DNA of 64,000 nucleotides, taken from the IMG/VR virus record IMGVR_UViG_3300025401_000022, positions 1 to 64,000 of that record. One strand, given 5' to 3'. Source of the DNA: a virus. The notes beneath the pieces were generated by a model, which worked only from the letters and a program-made list of their open reading frames with translations, was not told the origin of the DNA and did not search any database. The position numbers were made by a program, and so were the translations under genes. This document shows, one piece after another, positions 26,865-36,531 of this stretch; within the stretch, counting starts at the first letter, position 1, and every line of letters starts with the position of its first letter.

Positions 26865-27819
26865 CTATTGGAAAATAGCGCAGGACATCAGACCGGGTGA
26901 CATTGTATTTGACAGACTGGGCCGCAAGGTCCGGGTAAAGCTCGTCCACCCCCTGGACAAACGCGCATGTTACCGAGTCACGTTCCTAGATGGAACCTCA
27001 GTGGCTGGGGATAAAGACCTCAAATTGCCAATTGAAACGCCAAAGTACCGCAAAAGGACTTGGGAATACAAAGGCAAATTCCAATTTCGCAGGCCGCTAT
27101 CCAATCTCTCCCTTGGAACGCTGTCTGAAATGGAACTGATTAACAAGCACGGTAGGCTTATGTACAGCGTACCGACCGCTGGACCGTTAGAACTGCCCCA
27201 TAAAGACCTGCCAGTGCCGCCGTTTGTGTTTGGGTTGTGGTTTTTCTCTAAAAGAAAAGACGGAACCATAAAAATTCCAGAGAAACACTTTGATTTTATT
27301 GTGGAAAAACTAAAAGACTACGGCTATATACCAACATCTTGGCGTGATCCCATCAAAAAACGCCGGGTGTACAGCACAAAGCCAACTGTCATGTCGCACT
27401 TGGCGCCCAATGTGCCATACAAAATCCCAAACAACTACCTGTTAGCCAGCCCAGAGCAACGTCTTGAGCTGCTTAGTGGGATTATGTATGGAAAACCAAA
27501 TCAATATAACCAAAAGTTAGATAGATTTCAGTTTAGCTCCAAACATTTACCAACAGTCAAACAAATTCAGTACCTTGCTGAGACGCTTGGCTGTAAAACT
27601 TTACTTGAGGGACCCAATCCATTATCAGGATACACGGTCTACATCAAAACAAAATTAAAACTCATGGAACATCAGACCCCAGCGCCAATCAAAGTGCGAC
27701 AAAACTGGAGAATGATTACCAAAATTGAAGAAATTACACCACAGGCGTGCGTTCACATCGAATTAGATGGCGACGATAGCACGATGTTGGTAGAAGAAGG
27801 ATTTATTGCATGCCTTTAA
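26827..27819 (+). CDS. Free-standing degenerate intein (Hint plus LAGLIDADG-like) protein
   Basis: AILATQKVLT...W....DIRPGDIVFD..G....V; CYRVTFLDGTSV; LPVPPFVFGLW; IPNNYLLASPEQRLELLSGI; RMITKIE...CVHIELD...LVEEGFI. Confidence 0.75.
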   Translation: MAILATQKVLTLDYWKIAQDIRPGDIVFDRLGRKVRVKLVHPLDKRACYRVTFLDGTSVAGDKDLKLPIETPKYRKRTWEYKGKFQFRRPLSNLSLGTLSEMELINKHGRLMYSVPTAGPLELPHKDLPVPPFVFGLWFFSKRKDGTIKIPEKHFDFIVEKLKDYGYIPTSWRDPIKKRRVYSTKPTVMSHLAPNVPYKIPNNYLLASPEQRLELLSGIMYGKPNQYNQKLDRFQFSSKHLPTVKQIQYLAETLGCKTLLEGPNPLSGYTVYIKTKLKLMEHQTPAPIKVRQNWRMITKIEEITPQACVHIELDGDDSTMLVEEGFIACL

Positions 27820-29255
27820 CACCCGAAGATAAAAAAGAACTGATCAAGTTCGCAGCCGATCGACCACACTGGCCCAAACCAGAGCTTGACGCCGCAATAT
27901 GGCGCATCACTTGGGCTAAACAAGCGTTAGCACACCAACAAGAACCCGAAGATGGAGAGTATGACACGTTCCTTATGCTTGCAGGCCGCGGCTCTGGCAA
28001 GACACACACTGCTAGCCATTGGATTGGCATTCGTGCTTGGCGCTTCCCCGGCACTCGCTGGCTTGTCACCGCCCCAACCTCTAATGATATTCGTGCAACT
28101 TGCTTCGAAGGAGACTCCGGTCTTCTCAATATCATACCCAAGAGCCTTATACGAGATTACAACAAGTCCCTCTTTGAAATTACCCTCATCAACGGATCAA
28201 TCATTCAGGGGATTCCAGCTTCAGAACCAGAACGTTACCGCGGTAAACAATACCACGGAGCTTGGTTCGACGAGCTATGTGCATTCGACTATCTTGACGA
28301 CGCATACGACGGCGTACAGTTCACCTTACGACTTAAAGATCCAAGAATACCCCGTGTCCAGCAGATCATCACCACCACCCCTAAGCCAAGGGAGCTCATT
28401 GTCGACCTCGCCGAAGGTAAAGTCGGTGGCGACGTCTACATGGTCAACGCGTCCTCGTTTGACAACCGGGAAAACCTGTCAGAAACGTTTTTCAAACAGT
28501 TAGAGACATACGACGGCACCGACATTGGTCGTCAGGAGATCTACGGTGAGATTCTGGACCCAGAGTCCGCCGGTATTATTAAACGTAAGCAGTTCAAGAT
28601 GTGGCCTGCTGATAAGCCCACACCAGAGCTGGAGTATGTCCTAGCTTCCTACGACCCCGCTACATCGGAAAAGACACACAACGACCCCACTGCTTGCACA
28701 GTATGGGGAATCTTTGAACAACAAGACGGTGGCACATGCGCAATCCTTCTTGATTCCTGGGACAACCACCTTTCCTACCCAGAACTACGCCGCAAAGTAG
28801 TAAATGATTTTAAAGAGGTTGTATACGGCGCAGATAATGAGTTTGCTAAGGGCAAAAAGGCAGACCTCATCCTCATGGAAGACAAATCTGCTGGTATCTC
28901 ACTAATCCAAGAGCTCAGAGGCGCAGGAGTGCCAGTCCAAGGTTACAACCCCGGCCGCGCGGACAAAGTGCAGCGCCTAAACATCGTAGCACCCCTGGTA
29001 GCTAAGGGAAAAGTGTTCATTCCAGAAGACCCCAAAAAGCCCGGCGAGTTTGCTGACTGGGCAAAGCGTTTTCTGCGCCAAGTCTGTTCGTTCCCTGAAA
29101 TGGGTGGCCATGATGACTATGTGGATTCCCTATCACAAGCCCTTCGTATCCTACGAGACGATGGTTGGCTGCAGTTAGACTACCTCCCAGCTAGGGATTA
29201 TGACTACGCTGACGATGATGTACGCAAGCGTTTTGCCAATCCCTACGCCCAATAA
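27810..29255 (+). CDS. terL: Terminase large subunit
   Basis: Walker A AGRGSGKT, Walker B WFDE, TTTP, RNase H-like SYDPA, EDKSAG, HDDYVDS. Confidence 0.92.
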   Translation: MPLTPEDKKELIKFAADRPHWPKPELDAAIWRITWAKQALAHQQEPEDGEYDTFLMLAGRGSGKTHTASHWIGIRAWRFPGTRWLVTAPTSNDIRATCFEGDSGLLNIIPKSLIRDYNKSLFEITLINGSIIQGIPASEPERYRGKQYHGAWFDELCAFDYLDDAYDGVQFTLRLKDPRIPRVQQIITTTPKPRELIVDLAEGKVGGDVYMVNASSFDNRENLSETFFKQLETYDGTDIGRQEIYGEILDPESAGIIKRKQFKMWPADKPTPELEYVLASYDPATSEKTHNDPTACTVWGIFEQQDGGTCAILLDSWDNHLSYPELRRKVVNDFKEVVYGADNEFAKGKKADLILMEDKSAGISLIQELRGAGVPVQGYNPGRADKVQRLNIVAPLVAKGKVFIPEDPKKPGEFADWAKRFLRQVCSFPEMGGHDDYVDSLSQALRILRDDGWLQLDYLPARDYDYADDDVRKRFANPYAQ

Positions 29256-29285
29256 GGGCGGATACGTCAAAAACAGCGTATTAGT
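29256..29285 (+). promoter_or_regulatory. GGGCG-N15-GCGTATTAGT promoter-like element
   Basis: Intergenic, before the portal gene. Confidence 0.75.
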
Positions 29286-29334
29286 AAATATAAGGGTTGA
29301 GTTAGGCCCACCAAATTCCAAAATGACATAATCT

Positions 29335-32241
29335 ATGGCACAACCACAATTACCTATCCAAGCTGGCGGCAATTTGCCTGGTCTTGATCGTGAAAATGAT
29401 ATTCAAGATGCAAAACAGCAAGACGCTGACATGGAAGAGTACGAAGACATACTGGGTTTAGACTCCGACGAAGTAGAACAAGAAATAATTGAACTGGACG
29501 ATGGTTCGGTGGTGGTTAACTACGTCGAAAAATCTAGCCCACTAAAAAATCCAGAGTTCTACGCAAACCTTGCAGAAGTGTTTGATGAGCAGACATTAAA
29601 TTCACTCTCCATCGAATACCTTGACTACATTGATGTAGACAAGGAGGCACGCAAGCAAAGAGATAAGCAATATGAAGAAGGACTTCGTAGAACGGGCCTT
29701 GGTAAGGACGCTCCTGGTGGTGCTACTTTCGACGGCGCTTCTAAAGTTGTTCATCCCGTCATGGCCGAGGCTTGTGTTGACTTCGCAGCTTCCGCCGCCA
29801 AAGAGCTATTACCATCAGACGGCATCGTCAAGTCCAACATTAAAGGAAACGACGACAAAACCAAAGAAGAAGTCGCAGAACGAAAAGTCGAGTTTCTTAA
29901 CTGGCAATTAACCCAACAAGTCCCTGAGTTCCGCGATGAGATGGAGCAGTTGTTTACTCAATTGCCGCTTGGTGGGTCACAGTACCTTAAATGGATGTAC
30001 GATGAAGAACAAGCTCGCCCAACGTGCGAGTGGGTTCCAATTGACAACATCATTTTACCTTACGCCTCAACAAACTTTTACACAGCGCAGCGCGTTACTG
30101 AGCAACAAGACATCACTGGCGATGAATACCTAAAACGTATTGATGCTGGTCTGTATCGTGACTTGGATAATTTAGAGTATACCTCTGACGCTCCGCTTAA
30201 TGACCAAACTAAGAGTAAAGCAGCAAACGATAAGATTGAAGGTATTGATATGCCTTCTAAAAATATCGACGAGTTACGCAGAATTTATGAAATCACTTGC
30301 TTTATGCGACTGGAAGCTGATCCGGAAACAGAAGGTAAACGTGCACCATACACTTTGACCATTGACGAATCAACAAACAAGGTATTAGCCTTGTACCGCA
30401 ACTGGGATGCAAATGATGAAAAACGTGAAAAACTGGACTGGATTGTTGAGTTCAAGTTCATCCCTTGGCGTGGTGCTTATGCTATTGGTCTCCCCCATCT
30501 TATTGGCGGTCTCTCTGCTGCTCTCACTGGTGCTCTACGTGCTCTGCTTGACGCTGCTCATATCAACAACAGCCAGACGTTACTTAAACTCAAAACTGGA
30601 AGAGTGTCTGGACAATCTGATCGAATTGAACCAACTCAAGTAGTTGAAGTAGAAGCGGGCGCTGGCGTGACTGACATTCGTCAGATTGCTATGCCAATGC
30701 CATTTAACCCACCTTCAAGTGTATTGTATGATTTGCTTGGTTGGTTAACACAAGCTGCTAAAGGTGTTGTTACTACAGCTGAAGAGAAGATTGCTGACGC
30801 TAATAGCCAGATGCCAGTAGGCACAACCCAAGCTCTGATTGAGCAGGGTGCCAAGGTATTCTCTAGCATTCACGCACGCTTACACCGCAGCCAAGAAAAA
30901 TCACTGGCCATCATCTCACGTATCAACCACTGGTACTTGCAAGAGATGGACAACCAGTCCGGTACTGAAATTGAGGTACGTGACTTTGCGTATAACTCAG
31001 ATGTTCGCCCAGTATCCGACCCTAACATTTTTTCTGAGACACAACGTCTTGCTCAGAATCAAGCCCTCCTACAGATGGCAGGCACTGCACCTCCAGGAAT
31101 GTTTGACATGCGCGCAGTATACAAACGCGTACTCAAGCAATTAAAAGTTCCTGAGATGGAAGAAGTACTGCCAAACCCACAAGGCGCCAACGAATCCAAT
31201 CCGGCCTTAGAGAACGTCTCTATGACGATGGGACGACCCGCTGCCGCCTACCCCGACCAGGATCATATTGCACACCTTAAGATTCACTTAGAGTATGCAC
31301 AAAATCCTGCGTACGGTGGTAACCCTATCATTGGCCCAATCTTTGCGCCGCACGCACTTGAACACATCAAGCAACACTTGACACTGCACTACTTGCAATC
31401 TATGCGCTCTTATGTTGCCCAGGCTTCCGGCGGCGAAGATGTACTCAAACTACACCAAGAACAGCCACTGGATCAAGAAGCCCAACAAGCCTTGGCACTT
31501 GCTTCCCAAATGGTTGGCCAAGATGCACAGCAAACTATTGGACCATTCCTACAGCAAATTACTGGTCTGGCTCAGAAAGTATCACAAGCTCAACAACAGC
31601 AACAACAAACTATGCTTATGTCTGATCCAACTGCTGCGGCAATTGTTAAGACCCAGACAGCTGAGACTCAACGTAAGTTGCAAGAAGCTCAGGCTAAAAT
31701 GCAGCTTGATACTCAGAGCATGCAACAAGATTATCAAATTAAGATTGCAGAGCTACAACAGAAAGTTCAAGAGTTGCAAGCTAAGTACAGCACGCAGACT
31801 AATATTGATAACCAACGCAACGCCACAGACATTGCAATGGCTAACATCAATAATGCTGCAAAAGAGCGTGTTGCCATGATTTCAGCTGGTACTCAGATGG
31901 ATCAGCTACAAACAAAACTAGAAGCAGATCAAAATCAATCTGCTATGGAAGCTATCCAAGCCTCTGACCAAGATATTCGTCAGCATGGTTTAGCAATCCA
32001 GCAACAAGCATTCGAGCAACAAGCTCAACAAGTTCAACAACAAATTGAGGCACAACAAGCCGCTCAACAGCATCAACAAGGTTTAGCACAGGCCCAACAG
32101 CAGCATGCAATGGAGATGCAGCAACAGGACCAGCAACACCAACAGGGTTTGGCACAAGCCCAGCAGATGCACGAACAGCAAATAGCCCAAATGCAAGAGC
32201 AACAAGCTCAACAACCACAACAACCCACTGAAGGACAATAA
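29335..32241 (+). CDS. Portal protein with long Gln-rich C-terminal barrel
   Basis: Follows terL; V.HP.MAEA...F.A.A..EL.P..G.VK, LPL.GS, PVGTT.AL.EQG; coiled Q-rich tail. Confidence 0.8.
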   Translation: MAQPQLPIQAGGNLPGLDRENDIQDAKQQDADMEEYEDILGLDSDEVEQEIIELDDGSVVVNYVEKSSPLKNPEFYANLAEVFDEQTLNSLSIEYLDYIDVDKEARKQRDKQYEEGLRRTGLGKDAPGGATFDGASKVVHPVMAEACVDFAASAAKELLPSDGIVKSNIKGNDDKTKEEVAERKVEFLNWQLTQQVPEFRDEMEQLFTQLPLGGSQYLKWMYDEEQARPTCEWVPIDNIILPYASTNFYTAQRVTEQQDITGDEYLKRIDAGLYRDLDNLEYTSDAPLNDQTKSKAANDKIEGIDMPSKNIDELRRIYEITCFMRLEADPETEGKRAPYTLTIDESTNKVLALYRNWDANDEKREKLDWIVEFKFIPWRGAYAIGLPHLIGGLSAALTGALRALLDAAHINNSQTLLKLKTGRVSGQSDRIEPTQVVEVEAGAGVTDIRQIAMPMPFNPPSSVLYDLLGWLTQAAKGVVTTAEEKIADANSQMPVGTTQALIEQGAKVFSSIHARLHRSQEKSLAIISRINHWYLQEMDNQSGTEIEVRDFAYNSDVRPVSDPNIFSETQRLAQNQALLQMAGTAPPGMFDMRAVYKRVLKQLKVPEMEEVLPNPQGANESNPALENVSMTMGRPAAAYPDQDHIAHLKIHLEYAQNPAYGGNPIIGPIFAPHALEHIKQHLTLHYLQSMRSYVAQASGGEDVLKLHQEQPLDQEAQQALALASQMVGQDAQQTIGPFLQQITGLAQKVSQAQQQQQQTMLMSDPTAAAIVKTQTAETQRKLQEAQAKMQLDTQSMQQDYQIKIAELQQKVQELQAKYSTQTNIDNQRNATDIAMANINNAAKERVAMISAGTQMDQLQTKLEADQNQSAMEAIQASDQDIRQHGLAIQQQAFEQQAQQVQQQIEAQQAAQQHQQGLAQAQQQHAMEMQQQDQQHQQGLAQAQQMHEQQIAQMQEQQAQQPQQPTEGQ

Positions 32242-32468
32242 TGGCAACTAAAAAATCAGCTGAAGACCAATTAGGCTTCCGCAAAGCATACAAAATGACT
32301 GGCACCCCTGGCTACGCTGGCGGTCCTGGTGAGACAACTATCGACAAAGGCGCTTCAGGTTCTAAGCGTGCTAACAATGCAGTACTTAACCAAAACAAAA
32401 TGGCTAAGTCACCTAAAGTTGGCCCAGGTAAAAACCTTAACGAAATCGAAGGCGGCAACTTTTATTAA
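32241..32468 (+). CDS. Small basic hypothetical protein
   Basis: Start overlaps the portal stop. Confidence 0.55.
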   Translation: MATKKSAEDQLGFRKAYKMTGTPGYAGGPGETTIDKGASGSKRANNAVLNQNKMAKSPKVGPGKNLNEIEGGNFY

Positions 32469-32474
32469 TATTTG

Positions 32475-32504
32475 GGGCGGATTTATCCGCCACAGCGTAT
32501 TAGT
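32475..32504 (+). promoter_or_regulatory. GGGCG-N15-GCGTATTAGT promoter-like element
   Basis: Includes the hairpin GGCGGA-TTTA-TCCGCC. Confidence 0.75.
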
Positions 32505-32510
32505 AAAAGT

Positions 32511-32702
32511 ATGAAAGACTTTATTAGTGAAATTATCGGTCGCGTAAGGACTGAGATACAAAATCATGCGGAAACCGTCACCGCCGGCACTAACATCAAC
32601 TCGTTTGATGATTACAAGCAGTACGTAGGCATTATTCAAGGTCTGCAAATGACTTTAGATATTGTCAACGAAATTCTGACGGAGAATGACGACGAATCGT
32701 AA
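32511..32702 (+). CDS. Small helical head-morphogenesis protein
   Basis: SFDDYKQYVGIIQGL motif before GroES; no clear RBS, possibly leaderless. Confidence 0.55.
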   Translation: MKDFISEIIGRVRTEIQNHAETVTAGTNINSFDDYKQYVGIIQGLQMTLDIVNEILTENDDES

Positions 32703-32723
32703 GATTCAGAAAGGGATTGCCGG

Positions 32724-33164
32724 ATGGCGATTGATTTTAGAGAACAAGACGAACCAGATTTACGAACAGAACTTGAGTGTTTCCCTGACGTAGACCCTGG
32801 AGTCGAGATTTTAGGTGACCGAGTACTTGTGCAGTTACGCAGGGAAAAGGTAACCAGTAAAGGCGGTATAATCCTAGTGGATGAGACCAGACAAACCTTA
32901 CGTTTTAACGAAACAGTAGCTAAAGTACGAGCAATTGGACCCTTAGCATATAAGAGCCCAGAAGATTTAACCCCTTGGATTGAAGGTCCTTGGTGTCAAG
33001 TTGGCGATTTAGTTCGCACAATCAAGTACGGTGGTGATCGTTTCGTAGTGCAGCCCGACGATGATGGCGCGCCTGTGGTGTTTATTACATTACAAGCCCG
33101 TGAAGTGATCTCCAAGATCAAATCATTCGAAGCAGCACAGAAAATGAAAGCGTTTGTAGACTAA
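32724..33164 (+). CDS. groES: GroES-like co-chaperonin
   Basis: LGDRVLV...TSKGGIIL, V.A.GP, VGDLV...KYGG. Confidence 0.8.
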   Translation: MAIDFREQDEPDLRTELECFPDVDPGVEILGDRVLVQLRREKVTSKGGIILVDETRQTLRFNETVAKVRAIGPLAYKSPEDLTPWIEGPWCQVGDLVRTIKYGGDRFVVQPDDDGAPVVFITLQAREVISKIKSFEAAQKMKAFVD

Positions 33165-33185
33165 TAACTTTGTAGAAAGTAAAGA

Positions 33186-34157
33186 ATGGCAAAGAAAGAC
33201 GACGACCATGTTCCAATGAAGGAACAGGAAGATGGCACACTGGTAGCTAAAATAGATTTACCAGAAGAAATTGAAGACCACGAAGAAGGTGGTCATGTAG
33301 AAGCAGAAGACACCCGCAGTGATGAAGAGCGTGAAGACGACGAAGCAGCCGAAGAAGGCGAAACCGACGAAGAACGTGAAGCAATCCGCGAGGCCCGTAG
33401 AGAAGAGCGTAAACTCAAAAAAGAGTTAAAGAAGCAACGTGAAATCTCTGCTAAGAACAAGATTACAGCACTTGAGCGCCGCAATGCCGAACTGGCAGAG
33501 CGTCTAGCTAAGGTTGAAAGCACTACAGTATCTTATCAATTTGCACAGATTGACAAGGCTATCGAAGACGAAGCCACACGTGTCGAATACGCAAAGATGA
33601 AGATGCTACAAGCAGCACAATCTGGCGACGCAGCCGCTCAAATTGAGTATTTGGAACAGTTGACAGACGCTAAACAGCGTTTAAAACAAGCCGAACACTA
33701 TAAGAAACAACAAGTAGAGCAAGCTAAAGTACCAAAAGAAAACGTACCTAATCAGATTAATACTGAAGTACAAGCCAACGCAACAAAATGGCTTAAAAAG
33801 AACTCTTGGTATGATCCACAAGCTCGAGACACAGATAGTAGAATTGCAAAGGTAATTGACCAAGAACTAGCAGCCGATGGTTGGGATCCAGCAGATCCCG
33901 AGTATTGGGATGAGCTAGACAGTCGTTTGCAGTCTCGTTTACCCCACAGATACACTTCAAAAGGAGGCTCTGTGAAACGAGCAAACGCATCAACATCCGG
34001 CCGTACTGCCGCTACAAATAGCGCAAAACCCGGAACCATCACATTGAGTCGTGATCGTGTACAAGCGATTAAAGACGCTGGTGCATGGGATGATGTAGAG
34101 AAACGAAACAAAATGATCCGCGCTTATGCGTCGTATGATCGTCAAAATAAAGGTTAA
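33186..34157 (+). CDS. Putative scaffolding protein
   Basis: Acidic N-terminus, coiled coil, W...N.W motif; lies before the capsid genes. Confidence 0.6.
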   Translation: MAKKDDDHVPMKEQEDGTLVAKIDLPEEIEDHEEGGHVEAEDTRSDEEREDDEAAEEGETDEEREAIREARREERKLKKELKKQREISAKNKITALERRNAELAERLAKVESTTVSYQFAQIDKAIEDEATRVEYAKMKMLQAAQSGDAAAQIEYLEQLTDAKQRLKQAEHYKKQQVEQAKVPKENVPNQINTEVQANATKWLKKNSWYDPQARDTDSRIAKVIDQELAADGWDPADPEYWDELDSRLQSRLPHRYTSKGGSVKRANASTSGRTAATNSAKPGTITLSRDRVQAIKDAGAWDDVEKRNKMIRAYASYDRQNKG

Positions 34158-34162
34158 TTATC

Positions 34163-34717
34163 ATGGCAAACAACAGAATCAAACGTGACTTAGATGATCG
34201 CTTAGCCGATCGAGTTACCGCAACAAAAGAACGGATCGCTTCTGAGGATCCAAACGAATTAGCAAAAAAGGAGCGTGTAGCTGCGTTCCGCGATAAATGG
34301 CAAAACAGTGCATTACCTGATTTGCCAAACGGGATAATTCCCGGCTTTCATTTGTGCTGGTTATCCACTACAAATAATTATGACAGTATCGACAAACGTA
34401 TGGCGTTGGGTTATGAGCCAGTTAAAGCCTCAGAATTAGGAGTAGGCTTTGAAGGACTAGGCAAAATGAGCTCGGGCAAGTTTGAAGGCTGTGTTAGCTG
34501 TAATGAAATGGTTCTCTTCAAGTTACCAGAAGAAATCTATCAAGAAGTGATGAAAATGTTGCACCTTGAGGATCCCCTTGAGCACCAACGTAATATCACC
34601 GCGCAAGTTCGGAGCACTGCTCAAGAAGGCAAAGGTGGTAGATCAATTCTTGAAGGTGGTATTCTGGAAATGGAAAAGGAAGCCGCAAAAGCAAACAGTA
34701 ATGTTCGCTTCCAATAA
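34163..34717 (+). CDS. Head-region hypothetical protein
   Basis: IPGFHLCW...GYEPV motif; synteny. Confidence 0.6.
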   Translation: MANNRIKRDLDDRLADRVTATKERIASEDPNELAKKERVAAFRDKWQNSALPDLPNGIIPGFHLCWLSTTNNYDSIDKRMALGYEPVKASELGVGFEGLGKMSSGKFEGCVSCNEMVLFKLPEEIYQEVMKMLHLEDPLEHQRNITAQVRSTAQEGKGGRSILEGGILEMEKEAAKANSNVRFQ

Positions 34718-34746
34718 CATTCTTCAAAAATAACAAAGGAAAATAA

Positions 34747-35412
34747 ATGTCCGCAACATTTCAACCCTTTGGTCTGAAGCCTGCATATCACCCAAGTGGT
34801 TTAGATCGTGCAGTACCATTCGCTGGTACTAACACGTATGTCACTGGTGTTTCAGGTTACAGCGCTCCTTACAGCTTGAGCTCTGGCCAGTCTTTCTGGC
34901 AATATCAACCTGTAGCGATCACTTCTTCTGGCCAATTGACTATCGCCAACCAAACTGCATCTTCTGGTAAAGTTTATGGCGTATTTGACGGTGTAGAGTA
35001 CACCAACTCTGACGGTCGTCGTTCAGTAGCTAAGTATGCTTCTAAATTGACACTTGACGCTTCTACAAACATCGTTTTCTGGATCTTCTCAGACCCAGCA
35101 ATCGTATACGAAGCTCAAATCAATGGCTCAGCAACAGCTTCTGCCATCGGTACTGAATACAATTTCGACACAACAACTAACTACACAGTTGCAGATGGCT
35201 ACGCTATCGGTAATGGTGGTGCTGGTTTCTCTACTACTGCGTTGCTTGCAACTGCTGTTGGTAGCACAAACCAAGGTCAAGTTCGCGTGGTTGGATTAGG
35301 ACGTGAAGTAGCATACCCAGCTGGCAACACCAATGCTTGGGGCGATGCTTACACAATCGTTCAAGTTCAGATCTGCAACAACCAGTTCGCCGCTCCGTCG
35401 ACGTCCGTTTAA
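34747..35412 (+). CDS. Putative capsid decoration/cement protein
   Basis: PFGLKP, GVFDG.EY, DP...YE.Q; immediately before the major capsid gene. Confidence 0.55.
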   Translation: MSATFQPFGLKPAYHPSGLDRAVPFAGTNTYVTGVSGYSAPYSLSSGQSFWQYQPVAITSSGQLTIANQTASSGKVYGVFDGVEYTNSDGRRSVAKYASKLTLDASTNIVFWIFSDPAIVYEAQINGSATASAIGTEYNFDTTTNYTVADGYAIGNGGAGFSTTALLATAVGSTNQGQVRVVGLGREVAYPAGNTNAWGDAYTIVQVQICNNQFAAPSTSV

Positions 35413-35433
35413 TTAATACGAAAGGAATAAGCA

Positions 35434-36351
35434 ATGGCAACCCCAATGCGTAGTACCGACTTTCGTGCGGTAGTCGAGCCGATTATCAACGAAGTCTTTG
35501 ATGGCGTTTATGAACAACGCGACGACGAGTGGAAAGGATTTGTAGAACAGATCCAAGGTATTCCACGTAACTACCATGAAGAAGTAATGCTTTATGGCAT
35601 GAACGCAGCTCCTGCAATGCCTGATGGCACTCCAGTTAGCTACGATCAAGGTGGTACTTTGTACATCACCCGTTTCATCTACCAAATCTATGGCTTGGCA
35701 TACGCCTTGACCAAAGTTTTGATGGAAGACGGCGATCACATCCGTATCGGTTCAACTTTCGCTAAGCACTTGGCTCAGTCTATGATTGAAACCAAAGAAA
35801 CTCTTTGCGCTAACATCCTTAACTTTGCGTTTACCGCTGGTTATGTTGGTGGCGACGGCGTTACTTTGATCAACACAGCTCACCCAATCGCTAACGGCGG
35901 TTCTTACTCTAACCAATTGTCTACTGCAGCTGCATTGAGCCAAACTTCTGTTGAACAGATGTTGATTCAAATACGTTCTGCTGTTGACAACAACGGTAAG
36001 CGTATCCGCTTGAAAGCAGAGCAGTTAGTTGTTCCTCCAGCACTCGAGTTCCAATCAGAAGTAATTCTGAAGTCAGTTCTCCGTTCTGGTACAGCTGACA
36101 ACGATTTGAACCCAATCAAATCAACAGGCATGTTGCCTAAAGGTACACACGTTGTAACACGTTTGTCCTCTAGCAAAGCCTGGTGGATTCAAACTGATGC
36201 AGAAAATGGTCTCATGCTCGTTATGCGTCGTCCAATGGAGAAATCCATGGAAGGCGATTTCGAAACTGATTCTATGCGTTATAAGGCTACTGAGCGTTAT
36301 GCTACAGGTTGGCACGATGCGCGTAACATTTTCGGTACAGCCGGTTTGTAA
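35434..36351 (+). CDS. Major capsid protein (HK97 fold, Mu gpT-like)
   Basis: GGDGV.L..TAHP, L.VPP.LE, TADND.N, DFET..MRYKA.ERY..GW.D.R; followed by a terminator. Confidence 0.85.
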   Translation: MATPMRSTDFRAVVEPIINEVFDGVYEQRDDEWKGFVEQIQGIPRNYHEEVMLYGMNAAPAMPDGTPVSYDQGGTLYITRFIYQIYGLAYALTKVLMEDGDHIRIGSTFAKHLAQSMIETKETLCANILNFAFTAGYVGGDGVTLINTAHPIANGGSYSNQLSTAAALSQTSVEQMLIQIRSAVDNNGKRIRLKAEQLVVPPALEFQSEVILKSVLRSGTADNDLNPIKSTGMLPKGTHVVTRLSSSKAWWIQTDAENGLMLVMRRPMEKSMEGDFETDSMRYKATERYATGWHDARNIFGTAGL

Positions 36352-36371
36352 TAAACCCCCTCGTAGCACAG

Positions 36372-36398
36372 AAAAGCCACCCACAAGGTGGCTTTTTT
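36372..36398 (+). terminator. Rho-independent terminator
   Basis: AAAAGCCACC-CACAA-GGTGGCTTTTTT. Confidence 0.85.
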
Positions 36399-36406
36399 GT
36401 TTTTTG

Positions 36407-36436
36407 GGGCGCTTTGCCACAAAATAGCGTATTAGT
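36407..36436 (+). promoter_or_regulatory. GGGCG-N15-GCGTATTAGT promoter-like element
   Basis: Directly after the capsid terminator. Confidence 0.75.
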
Positions 36437-36452
36437 AAGTATAGGAAGAATC

Positions 36453-36518
36453 ATCCCTTTCTGACCGCCGAACTTCCCGGTGAGACGACTTAGAGACAGC
36501 TAGGGATACCCACTAAGA
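36453..36518 (+). ncRNA. Candidate structured 5' leader RNA
   Basis: ATCCCT/AGGGAT, CTG/CAG, ACCG/CGGT; crossing CTTAG/CTAAG next to the RBS. Confidence 0.45.
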
Positions 36519-36531
36519 TAAGGAATTAAAC

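Noticed and set aside
26827-29255. Active intein inserted in TerL, or a frameshifted intein-TerL fusion
   Set aside because: No N-extein, no terminal His-Asn, a different frame, and TerL is complete on its own.
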